The notes under the pieces were generated by a model. That model was not told where the DNA came from. It did no database searches and saw only the letters and a program-made list of their open reading frames with translations. From the human T2T-CHM13v2.0 reference genome, Homo sapiens: a stretch of 64,000 nucleotides of DNA. A program made the translations under genes and the position numbers. Positions 33,245 to 51,065 of this stretch are shown here, one piece after another. Position 1 is the stretch's first letter; the number at the start of each line of letters is the position of its first letter. The stretch lies in NCBI RefSeq assembly GCF_009914755.1, contig NC_060941.1. One strand, given 5' to 3'.

Positions 33245-33794
33245 CCATTCAACAAATATTTACTGAGTACCTGCTATTGGTCAGATTGTTTTAGGTGCTG
33301 GGCATACAGTAGTGAAGAGACAAAACCCTTTAAGAAGCTTATATTCTAGAGAGTTAACAGGCAATAAACAAAATATACGAGTTCAATATATAGTCAATTA
33401 GCCAGGCGCAGTGGCTCAGACCTGTAATCCCAGCACTTTGAGAGGCCGAGATGGGCAGATTGCTTGAGTCCAGGAGTTGGAGACCAGCTTGAGCAACACA
33501 ATGAAATGCCATTTCTGCTAAAAATACAAAAATTAGCCGAGTGTGGTGGTTCATGCTTGTAGTCCCAGCTACTTGGGGGGCTGAGGTGAGAGAGTTACTC
33601 GATCCTGGGAGTTAAAGGCTGCCGTGAGCCGAGATCGAGCCACTGCACTCCAGCCTGGGTGACAGAGTGAGACCTTGTCTCAAAAAAAAAAAAAAAAGTT
33701 AAATGGTGTAAATTGTGTTAAGTATAAATGGTGTTAAGTACAATGGGAAAAGGCTGGTTTGGGTTTGAGAATTGTGGGTTGGGGGCTGTAATTT
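33245..33794 (-). mobile_element. L2 3' end split by an Alu
   Basis: cattcaacaaatatttactgagtacct...aggtgctggg. Confidence 0.7.
33400..33697 (+). mobile_element. AluJ-like
   Basis: Full dimer with poly(A). Confidence 0.92.
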
Positions 33795-33855
33795 TTAATA
33801 GATTCAATTTTTTAAGCTCAGTTCCAGTTTTACAGAAAAATTAAGAAGACAATAT

Positions 33856-34153
33856 GTCACAGATGGGAACTGAACAATGAGAACACATGGACACAGGAAG
33901 GGGAACATCACACTCTGGGGACTGTTGTGGGGTGGGGGGAGGGGGGAGGGATAGCATTAGGAGAAATACCTAGTGCTAAATGATGAGTTAATGGGTGCAG
34001 CACACCAGTATGGCACATGTATACATATGTAACTAACCGGCACATTGTGCACATGTACCCTAAAACTTAAAGTATAATAATAAAAAAAAAGATTACACAA
34101 CAAAAAAATAAATAAAATAAATTCTTGAAGAGCTATTAAAAAAAAAAAAAAAA
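33856..34153 (+). mobile_element. 5'-truncated L1PA3-like element with 3' transduction
   Basis: gaacaatgagaacacatggacacaggaagggg...gcattaggaga..gctaaatga.gagttaatgggtgcagcacacc...aaacttaaagtataataat; TSD AAGAAGACAATAT / AAGAAGACAACAT. Confidence 0.92.
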
Positions 34154-34267
34154 GAAGACAACATAGTTACCCCCAAATCCTCCCTCCTCCTGCATGCAGT
34201 TTCTCTCATCAGTGACAACTTACATTAGTATGGTACATTTGTTGCAATGAATGAACCAATATTGATA

Positions 34268-34270
<3 letters not shown>

Positions 34271-34299
<29 letters not shown>

Positions 34300-34577
34300 G
34301 AGACAGAGTCTTGCTCTGTCTATGTGGTGGTGCGGTAATGGCTCACTGCAAACTCGACCTTCTAGGCTCAAGCCATCCTCCTGCCTCAGCCTCCAGAGTA
34401 GCTGGGACCACAGGTATGCACCACCACACCTGGCTAATTTTTGTATTTTTTGTAGAGATAGGGTTTTGTAGAGATAGGAGTTGCCCAGGCTGGTCTAGAA
34501 TTCCTGGGCTCAAGCAATCCTCTCGCCTTGGCCTCCCAGAGTGCTGGGATTATAGACATGAGCCACTGCACCAGGCC
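34271..34577 (-). mobile_element. AluJ-like with (TTA)n tail
   Basis: TSD TTGATACATTATT / TTGATACACTATT. Confidence 0.92.
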
Positions 34578-35097
34578 TTGATACACTATTATTTACCAAA
34601 GTCTATAGTTTATTTAGATTTTCTGGGTTTACCTAATGTCCTTTTTCTGTTCCAGGATCCCATCCAGGATCTCACATTCTACGTCGTTGTCATTGTCTTG
34701 CCTCCTGAGGCTCCTCTTGGCTGTGACCACTTCTCAGACTTTTATTTTGATGAAAATATTTTGATGACCCTGACAGTTTTGAGAAGTCCTGGTTTGGTGT
34801 CTTGGAGGATACTGCTATACTGGAATTTGTTTCGTGTTGTTCTCATGTTTAGACAGGGGTTATGGGTTTTTGGGTGTCTGATCACAAAGCCGAGGTGCCG
34901 TTTTCATCATGTATCCTATCAGAGGTCCTATCAACTGGAGTTACAAAGATGCTGACTTTATCACGGGTATCCGCTGGGTTTCTGCACCGCAGAATGAGCC
35001 CCCTTCTCCCGTTCCACACTGTACTCTTTGGGAGGAAGTCACTAAGTGCAGCCACACATAAGGCCTGGGACTTATGCTTTCAGCCCCAACTCATTTA

Positions 35098-35496
<399 letters not shown>

Positions 35497-35506
35497 TTAT
35501 TTATAA

Positions 35507-36930
<1,424 letters not shown>

Positions 36931-37609
36931 CATGAGAACAGGCTCCCAGCTCAGCCCTGTTCCCCGACACAGGTGTCTCCAGGCAATGGATGTACACCTG
37001 TGGGCTTAGGCTGAATCCAACACAGGATCTTGACCAAGGAGCCAGCCTGTAACTACATGGGGAGAGGGGGCAGCTTTGAGAAAACCTGGCCCCAAGTCCC
37101 GGCAGGTGGAGCAGACGCTGCATGCGGCTCTTGGTCAGCTTCCCAAGGACCCCCCGCCTTGCTCTGCATGGGGGTGCCCCGCAAGCACCCAGGGCTCAGG
37201 GCATGGAGAGGCCCCAGGATGGGGACTGGGCTTTCCCTCCATCTGAGCTGCTCCCCAGGCCAGAACTTGGGGGCCACACCTACTTTTTCTTCCGCTCCCA
37301 GCCTCTGGGTCCTGGCCACAGTCATCAAAACTGCTGAGTGAAAAAAGGCACAAGGCCATATCCAGAGGGCAGCCTCTCTGACCTTTGGGAAGTGACAGCA
37401 CCAGGTCACTGGACTCCCGAAACAGGAGGAATGGACAGGAGAGGAGGAGGGGGAGAAGGGGGTGAGGGAAGAGAGGCCAGGGGACAGGACAGAAGACAAG
37501 GAGAGGGAGGAGGAGGGGAGAGTCCAGAGGTGAGGGGAGGTAGGAAGAGGCTGGTGTCCTGAGCTGTGTCCTGGTCCCACAGCCTGGTGAAGGGGCAGCT
37601 GACAGCAGG

Positions 37610-38595
<986 letters not shown>

Positions 38596-38667
38596 GGCCA
38601 TGCCTCACCTTCTACAGTTCCCTAGGGCTGGCTGAGGGAAATTGGTTGGGCCTGGCTGTCCTCCTCA

Positions 38668-39139
<472 letters not shown>

Positions 39140-39153
39140 TCACACCTTCCTGA

Positions 39154-39518
<365 letters not shown>

Positions 39519-40246
39519 AGGACACCTCTTAAACATCTCTCCTCTCTCCGGCCCACTGCCTTGGTGCTTATCAGCTCAGGGACCCCAGTGGTCTCAGGGT
39601 TTGCTCTCATCACCACAAGGCAGTTTCCACAGAGATCCAGAATGATCTTGCTAAAAAAGCACGTCTGATCTGCTCACTCCCAGGCTTAACCCCCTTCATT
39701 GGCCCTCAGGATTAGGTCCAGAGTCCAGAGCCATCTGCCCCTACCCTGTCTCCACGCTCCTGCTCCCTCCTGGGCTCCTCCTGCTGAGCCTCCTGTCTGA
39801 CTCAGCCACATACCTGCCGCCAGCCCCTTGTGCCCACAGCACCTGCTCCTCCTCTCTCAGCCCTCTTCTTACTTGATTGTGATGCATTGTGTTACTGCCA
39901 TCCAGACTGCCCATTTCGAGTTCCCGTGTGCAGCCTGCCTGGACGGAGGCCTTAGCCTCTGCCCTGAGTCCCGGTTGCATGGGAAGTCCTCTGGGTCTCA
40001 GTTTGGATGTTTGTGGGTGAGGAGCAGCTGCGGTGGGTAAGGGGTGGCTGATGAGGATCACGGGGTGTGCTGAGACTCCCTGGTCCTTCCCTCAGTGACG
40101 CCCCTGCTGTCGCCACTTGTCCCCAGGCTCTAGAAGAACTGGGTCTCTCTCTTGTCCAGTATCTGCCAGGGAAGAGGCTCTTAGGCTCTTATCTGTTGAA
40201 TGGTTGAATGGGTCACTCTAAACAGCAGCTGTAAATAATGTCCATC

Positions 40247-40703
<457 letters not shown>

Positions 40704-40809
40704 TATCATTTTTTGTTTTTAAATAGAATGGAAAACAAAAACTTACCTTGAAAAATCATTCTTACTGAAATGATTAAAAAGTAACATTCCTGTATCTTCC
40801 AAAGCTGAG

Positions 40810-41370
40810 CAGACACACAGCCGGGCCCCGTCATCCCTGCCCTGGGTATTCACCCAACAGAAATGCATTCATATGTTCACAATACACAGGAACTAGAATG
40901 TTCATAGTGGCACTATTCACCATAGCCAGGAACTGGAACCTCCCCAAATGTCCATTAGCAGTAACATGGGTGAATACATTTTAACAGAGCCACACAATGG
41001 CAAGCCACCAGCAATGGGTACGAACAGCCCTTGACTGCCTGTGAGAGTACTGACAAACCTCACAAACATAATATGCAGCAAAAGAAACCAGACGCAAAAC
41101 GGCACCCACTGTATGGCTCCATCTACACACAGTTCAGAAGCAGGCCAGAGCGCCTGCGGGCTGAGTCAGGAGAGAGGCTGGACTCGGGAACAGTAGGTGG
41201 AAGGGGTCTCGAGGGGCTTCTGGGTGCCGGTGAGGTGCTGTTTTTTAATTTGGGTGCTGGTTGCACAGGTATGCAAAGCATGTGCAAATTCTTTCAGTTG
41301 TACACTTTGATTTGTGCAGTGTTCTGTGTGTGTGCTTAACTTCAATTTTAAAAAGTCTTAAAAATAAAAG
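40810..41370 (+). mobile_element. L1ME-type 3' end
   Basis: acccaacagaaatgcat..agaatgttcatagtggcactattc..atagcc..aactggaac..cccaaatgtccat. Confidence 0.85.
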
Positions 41371-41639
41371 TCATGTCTCCTGGAGCAGGTTAAATCCACC
41401 TCCCTTTTCTATCCAAGGGCAAGTGGAGAGCAGGTGGCTGGCCTCCCTGGGGCACAACCACGTGTCCCCTCATGGGTGCTACCAGAGTCCCTCCCCAGCC
41501 TGAGACTCCTGAAGCCCCAGACTCAGGGATTTTCTTTCCACTAAGCTCTGGTAAGTCCCACCATCACAGACCAGGCCTGTGTCGGCCCCAGAAGCAGGAT
41601 CAGTGTTAGCTGCAGCCTGGCCCTCACTGGCTGGGTTAC

Positions 41640-42540
41640 TCCGGGCCTCCCTTGCCATCGGCCACCCCCAGGCTTGGCGCGGAGGCGCAGGCCGCCTGGG
41701 TCCTCGGGTTGTGTCCGCTGGCCTCCCTCCACCTTCTTGCCCCTGGTGGGAGATGGGAGTGGGGCTTGGAGGTGGGGAGGTGGGGCTGTCGGTGCTCCAG
41801 GGTCCCCGCAGAGGGCAGGGAAGCCCTGGACCTGGTCTGACCTTGCGCGCTAGCCCCAGAGGTCGCCGTGCTCTGCTGTCGGCGTTCAGGTGCCCGCGGT
41901 CGGGCCGGGGAGGGCAGTAATCAAGCCGGCCCGGCGGCTGGCGAGGGGCGCGGGTCCAGCGCGCTGCCCTCGGCCGCCGCCCTGAGCGGTTATTTATAAC
42001 CGCGGGTCGCGTTACCTCCTGACCTTAAGCTGGGGCGGGCGATCCGCAGCGATTAGCATCTATCTCCTCCCCGCCGCCCGCTGCGAACAAACACCCCTCT
42101 GTGCGCCCTCCCCCGCCCGCCCCGCGGGAGGCCCTGCAGGAAGCAGGATGTTGACCCGGAGCCTCCCTGCGCTCCTGCGGCGGCCCCGCCACATGTGAGT
42201 GGCGGGCGGTGGAGTGCGGGTGGGGGGGAAGCGGGGAGCAGGAGCTACTCGTGTTTGATGGCTTCCCGAGTTGCCAATGTCCTGGTCTATTCTGAGTGAC
42301 CGCCTTATTTACAATATAGGGCTCCCCAGCCCGTGTCTGCCCAAAGGGGTGCCCTCTCCCAAGCCAGTGGGGGCCAGCCAGCCCTGGTTGGGGCAGCACC
42401 TGCACAGGTGGTCCCAGAATCACAGGCTGCAAACCGCATCCTCCAACAGCCAGGCCGTCGTTGCTCGATGGCAGCTGAAGGCCATAGGGGAAGGTGGTTG
42501 CGTCGGGGTCCCACAGCCATCCACGGCAGACCCCGGCTCC
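41640..42540. promoter_or_regulatory. Orphan CpG island 2 (candidate enhancer or lncRNA promoter)
   Basis: Dense CpG, GC boxes, palindrome 41986-42003 with TATA/MEF2-like core, E-box CACATGTG 42190-42197. Confidence 0.85.
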
Positions 42541-42645
42541 TGCCTGATGGTTTTTCCCAACGGCTCCCAGAACTCTTGATTCTGGTCTGGAGAAGCCTCA
42601 TGAAAGGAGGCTGGGGTCGCAAGATTGGCCCATTCATTCAACACA

Positions 42646-43250
<605 letters not shown>

Positions 43251-44699
43251 TCAACAGCTTTTTTTTAAGGCACCTACTAGGTGCCAGGCACCTTTCCAGG
43301 CAAAAATCCTTATCCTGTGGAGCTGACAGTCCAAGGGAAAGAGAGTCCTTCCCTGGAGCCTAGGGCCCCATGATGGAGCCACAGTCTAGGCAGTTGCTGA
43401 GGGCCCTGATGGGTGAGTCTTAGGGAGGGAGACTGAGGCAGGGAGTGGGAGGGCCAGGCTTGTAGTGCATTGTGGGACTGCAGCCTGCGCTGGGTATTTG
43501 CTGAGCAAGGCCAAGGCTATGTGAGACACTAACATCCTGAGCCTGTGAAGGCTGAGGCCCAACAGTGGGTGTGCCCCCTGCCTAGCTTCAAATGACCTTG
43601 CACCCAGGGCAGAGGGTGAAAAGCTCACCCAGTCTTGGGCGTCATCCTGGAAGAACTCATGGAAGAGGACCCACTGAGTCAGGACATTTGAGGAGCGCAT
43701 TGAGGGCGGAGGGAGCCTGGGCTGCCCGCCTTTCTGCCACGCTCTCAGACACTTGGAGGCGCTTGGGAGGAGTTTGCCTGTGTGACGTGACCAGCCCCTG
43801 ACCACTCCTTGCCTTCTCTGGGCCTCAGTTTCCACAAATGAGCAGTGAAGGGGTTGGCTGAGATGAGGCGTTTCAAGTCTGGCCGCCTGTGCCTCTGATC
43901 TAGAGACCCCCCCCAGGCCAGAGACCCTCCCACCAGAGCCTGGCTCAGGCCAGGTGCATCTGCCTGATGCAGCCCAAGAGGCTGGGCCATGGTGGACCAG
44001 GAGTAGCTGTGGCCGTGGGTAGCTGGTGGTGCCCAACAGCTCACACCAGCGTATGAGGGAGTGGCACATACACATATGTGTGGGAGTCTGGTGTGCTGGG
44101 TGTGCCTCAGTAGGTAGGTGGCTGCCCAGGGGAGTGTGTGCTTGGCATGTGTTTACGAGGGGTGTAAGGAGTGTCTGCAGCAAGTGTGTAGGGGGTGGGC
44201 CACATGTGTGTAGGTCAGGTATGTATAGTTGGGGTGTGGGCGGATATTGGAGGAGTGTCTTAGTGGTCAGGGGGAGGCTTGAGGCAGGGGAGGAAGGCCT
44301 GGAGGGGCCACTCCCTCACTCTGCAAACCCCCCTCTGGCCACATGGTCAGCCTGTGGCCGATGCGCCCTGACCAGTCAATGAACTCAGGGTCTGGAAGAG
44401 TCAGCGGCTTTTCCAACCTCTTTGCCAAATGGGATGTCAGCATGGGGGCAGGGGTGGTGGGGGTGCAGGCTGGGGAAGGTGGCAATGACTTCATGACCAG
44501 ACTACTGAGCAGGTGGGGAGAGGGGGCAGGGCGCTGGAGGCCGGCTGGGTGGGGGATCCACTCTGGGTGGGGAGGCAGCCCAGGCTCATGCTTCCTCAGG
44601 ACCGCTGGATTCCCTTTGTGGGGAGGACCTCCTGGAGGGTCTGCAGGGGGCTCCCTTGGACTGAAAACCCTCCAGGGACTGTTGCATGGGGTCCCAATA

Positions 44700-44830
44700 A
44701 GCTAACAACAGCCCTGGAAGGTAAGGCCTCTTGTCCCTATTTGACAGATGAGGAAACTGAGGCTGGGAGAGGCAGCCACACAGCTAGAGTGAATGGTGAA
44801 CTGGACTAGGAACATGGGTGGGCGTGTTTC
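44700..44830 (-). mobile_element. MIR
   Basis: ttgacagatgaggaaactgaggct core. Confidence 0.7.
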
Positions 44831-45974
44831 CCACACTGCCCCACAGTGACACAGCGGGGGCGGGGACAGCCCTTAAAATCCGATCCTCCGCGAACACCTT
44901 GAATCCTCAAACCTCCATCCATCCAAAAGGGGCTCCGCCTTGGGGAGGCCCCTCGCACACTTCTCTACAATTTGAGGGGCCGTCGGCTACAATAACCACA
45001 TAGTGGGGCCACTACAAGTCAACAGAAGCAGACCCTCTCTCCAAAAACACAGCAGACCCTGTCTCCAACACAGACTAGGCCTAGTTCCGACTTCCAGAAT
45101 GCCGTGGTCCAGCCCTGGCATTGCTGACTCATGGGGTCAGGCTGGCGTTGCTCCTCTGTGGGGCTGGAGGGGCCCCAGATCACAGACCTGGGGGTGGGTG
45201 TGAGCACTGTCTTCGTACCCAGAGGCTGAGGTCAGCTTTTGGGCTGCTCTTTCTTCAGCCATTTACTAGTTTCCCATCGTAATAATAACTACCCCTACCT
45301 AAGCTTTATAGCTCAGCAAGGACTTTCACAAACATTCTGTCACTCACACCACCCTTGCACCAGCCCTGTGATGAGGAGTTAATATGCCCATTTTATAGAA
45401 CAAGAAGCTGAAGCTCAAGGAAGGAGGTTCTGGGACTCATCTCAGATCCCATGGCCAGGAAGCGGTGGCCACTCTGGAATTCTTGACCCTGCCCAGACCA
45501 GCACCTTCCACAGCAGAGACCCCCTCCAAGGAGCGGGCGACGTGTGACTTCCCCATGGGTGGACTCTGGGCTGCAGTGATCGGCTAGCGGTGCCATCTTT
45601 AGTCTGGGAGCTGTGTGAAGCCTGCTCCCCACCTTCCCCCTCCTGCAAATATTGGGGGAGGGGCATGGAGGACAGGAAGATAGAAGCAAAAGTGGCAGTG
45701 ACCGGTGCATGAGAGATTGGGAGATACGTGCTGGGGAGGGGTTCCCCGGAGCAGAGCTGGCTGCCCTTGGCACTGGGCCCAGGCGGAGGAGTGGCAAGAC
45801 CAACAGTTCCTGGAGCACAAGTCCCTCAGCCGGTGCCCAGTGCCAGCCATCGCCATGTTCTCATCTGCCAGCAGCAAAATGAGAAAAATAAGGACAATAT
45901 AGTGAGGTTTTACTAAAGCTAGGTTTACTCAATCCAAAAGACTGTCCTTTTATCTGAGCTTTGTATTTTCAATC

Positions 45975-46011
45975 GTGTGTGTGTCTGTGTCTGTGTGTGT
46001 CTGTGTGTGTG
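45975..46011. repeat. (TG)n/(TCTGTG)n microsatellite
   Basis: Directly visible. Confidence 0.85.
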
Positions 46012-46085
46012 AGCACAAAAGGACCTTTCCTTTGACATTTCCTTTTAATGACCTCAAACTCAGCAAAATAAAAAAACTGGTGACT

Positions 46086-46395
<310 letters not shown>

Positions 46396-48329
46396 CTAAA
46401 TTTTTTTATTTTTTTGAAATGTTAGTGATGTGAGAAATCCGAAAGGCTGAGACCCACTGGGCTAGCTTGTACGTGGCTCTGGGTGAAACCTGGCACAGGG
46501 GGGCAATGTTTTTTAATTGAGGGATGAATCTAAACAGCTGGAAGCTTCTCCCGGGGGGAGGAGGGGCTGGGTTCTTGCCCAGACTCAGCCCCTGAGGCCC
46601 CAGCCTAGGCATCCCCAGGAAACCTGAGCAGAAGGAACATTCACGTAACTGTACTGGGAATTCTGAGAAGGGCCTAGGGGCCAGTTCCCCATGCCACACA
46701 CCCTCTGCTCATCCCTGACCGGGAGCCGCGAGGCAATCTTCCCTTAAACCCCACCTCGGCCTCCCCCAGCACCCCCAAGGCTGGTTCCAAAATAGTCCAG
46801 GCCCTTGGAGGAGACATCATGGGTCGGGCTGGCTGCCTGTCCCGAGAGGACATGGCAATAACGCTGTGGCCGAATATAGAGGGACAGTAGACGCTGACAG
46901 GGGCCCTGGGGCCTGGGAGCCTCGCAGGTTCCACGGTGCCTGCTCCACCCCCATCCCTTCTGAGCCCTGCACCCCCTAACCTGGACAGCTGGGAGGCTGG
47001 CGCCCCTCTCCTGGCCCAGCCCGGCCCACCTGGGGACAGGTCCGAACAAGCCCAGGTAGAACAGGAGGCCGGCCTAGGAGGGCCCAGGGCTTGGGCTGGG
47101 CATGAGCTTGGGGCCACCTCTCTCTAGGGACTCAAAGCATTTTATAAGCTTAACTTCCCACAGGACATCCCGAGATCAGGAGACCAAGAGGAACCGGGGT
47201 GTCTGCTGCAGAGCCACTCCTGCTCTCTGTTCTCAGCTTCCGAAGGAGAACAGGGCCATAAAGCTGGGGTGTGGGAGGCTGAGAGGAGAGCAGGAAGCCA
47301 GTCCAAACCCCAATAAACTGCTGGTTGAATCGAATCACAAATAATTAGTCCCGATGGCCAAGACTGCCTCCACCCTCCTCTCCTGGGAATTAAAAGTCAA
47401 AGGGCAGAGCTGCTGACGCAGATGCCAGGGGAGACATGAGGCTTGGAACAGCTGGGACTCAGCTCCCAGGCTCCACTGCCCCAGGTCGCAGGCCCTGGTT
47501 GCCCCGGTTGCCCCGGACACGATGTCCCCCAGGCAGGCCCCTAGAGCTTCATTGCCAACTCAGGGAAGGGGGCTCTGCTCCCTCACCCTTCCCCTGGTGC
47601 TACGTCAACAGAACTAGATTCAAGGTTAATCAGGCTGCCCTGAAAACTGTTGCCAGATGACAGCCTGGAAGAAGCAGTTGCCAGCCTCTCTCCCTCCCAC
47701 CCCTGTAAGAGGAGGAAGAGATCTCTGCCTCCCTGTCGAGGGGGAGCCTGGCTCCCTGAAACCCACTGCGCCCCTTCCCCTAGGTCGGCCTTGCCGCAGG
47801 CACCCCCTGGACGGCTGCACCAGGTCTGCGTGCCAGCGGTGACCCCCAGTGGTCAGTGCAGGACTTGAACCTGAGCCGTGGGCATGGCTGCTGCAGACTC
47901 ATCACTGCAGCCTCAGCCCACAGCCAGTGACTTGGGAAGCCTTGCCGTGTGAGTGGTTTGGGGATTTGATCTTGGTAAGGCTGTTGCTGGCGTTTAGAGG
48001 TACTTCGTAGGTGCTGATTTTTCCTAATTGAACTGTGGCTGGATCTTGGCCTAAAGGTCCCACTGTCAGCAAATCCGTGTCCACATGCCTAAGAATGAAT
48101 TCATCATCTTCTAGCCCTAAACCGGCTCCTCCTCCTGACTTCCCTATTTCTATTAATAGCACCGCCACCCTCCAAACCTCCGAGTCATCTTCAGCCGCTC
48201 CCCACACTGGGCGGGGTGCCTGATCTTGCCCCTCCTCCCTCCGCAGGTCACCCTTGCATTACTCTCCTGGACACTCGTAGCCTCTCACCTGCGTCACTGA
48301 CATCCTCAACGATGCTGCTGGGTCAGACC

Positions 48330-48778
<449 letters not shown>

Positions 48779-48828
48779 GAATTAAATGATAGAATGGACA
48801 TGAAGACCCTATCACGTAAGAAATGCTC

Positions 48829-49206
<378 letters not shown>

Positions 49207-49808
49207 TTACAACATGCTACAAAGCCAGGGACTTGGAAGTTCCTGAAATCTTGAAGCTCTTCCACTCCCCTCCTCCACCATCACGGCATTCTAGAACTCA
49301 GAACAAAAGGCCAGCTCTTGAGTCCTCTGGGCCCCTTCCTCTGCTTTCAGGGGCAGGTATGCTTGGGTAAGTGTGGTGGTCACTCAGTCACAGGAAGTAT
49401 GTTCTGGGATGGGACAACCACAGCTGGTATCCAGCCAGCTGAGTCAGGGCCACCCATCTGCAAGGTGATGAGTGAGGCTCGGCACGTGGGCTGGCACAGC
49501 TGCCCACCTCAGGGCACACAGGGGCGTGCTCACATGGCAGCTGTCCAAAAAGGGCAGATGTCTCTGCCTTTGGCAATCCCGCCTTCACCTCCCTCTCCCC
49601 ACACACACCGCACCCCAGTCACAGGGTGATCACACAGGGGTCAGAGGAAGGAGGGCAGGCTGATTCAGCCTCTTCCCATCTGGTTCTGCTTCCCTGTGGG
49701 CAGGTGTCCTTAATATTCTCTCCATGAATGAGCACCTGGTACCCACAAACTCCTTGAAATTGAAGGTAGGAGCCTTGTTCCAGGATAAGGATCATATAGC
49801 TGTCATCA

Positions 49809-50437
<629 letters not shown>

Positions 50438-50735
50438 GTTGAGGTGTCCTGTCAAATGGGGAAATCTGTGCCCCACAGCCGCCTTGGGGATTAAGGCAGG
50501 CAATGGATGAGGAACCCAGGACTGGGCCCAGCACACACTCCACAGTTGCATGGGATTCTCCTCTCCTAAGGACTTTTTGGCCTGGGACATGGTAGCTAGC
50601 GGGCAGAGGTGGAGTAGGCACATATTTTGGCTTTCACGAGAGAACTTTCTGAAATGATCTTGATGCTCCTGTCCCACCCAGCTCATGGCACAGTTTCTCT
50701 AGAACAATCCCATGCTCATTTATCAACAAGGAAAA

Positions 50736-51065
50736 CCCAGGCATGGTGGCTCACACCTGTAATCCCAGCACTTTGGGAATCTGAGATAGGAGGATCACTT
50801 GAGCTCAGGAGTTCGAGACCAGCCTGGGCAACATGGCGAAACACTGATTCTGCAAAAAATAAAAAAAAAATTAGCTGGGTGTGGTGGTGTGTGCCTGTAG
50901 TCCCAGCTGCCCGGAGGGCTGATGTAGGTGGATAGCTCCAGCCTGGGAGGTTGAGGCTGCAGTGAACTATGATTGTGTCACTGCACTCCAGCCTGGGCGA
51001 CAGAGGGGAGACCCTGTCCCAAGAAACAAAAAAAAAAAAGAAAGAAAGAAAGAAAGAAAGAAAAA
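50736..51065 (+). mobile_element. AluJ-like with (GAAA)n tail
   Basis: gagctcaggagttcgagaccagcctgggcaac; gaggctgcagtga. Confidence 0.9.

Noticed and set aside
43386-44183. Longest ORF in the track (265 aa, minus strand)
   Set aside because: Spans MIR and GT-rich low-complexity sequence, has no homology, and stop codons are scarce in GC-rich DNA.
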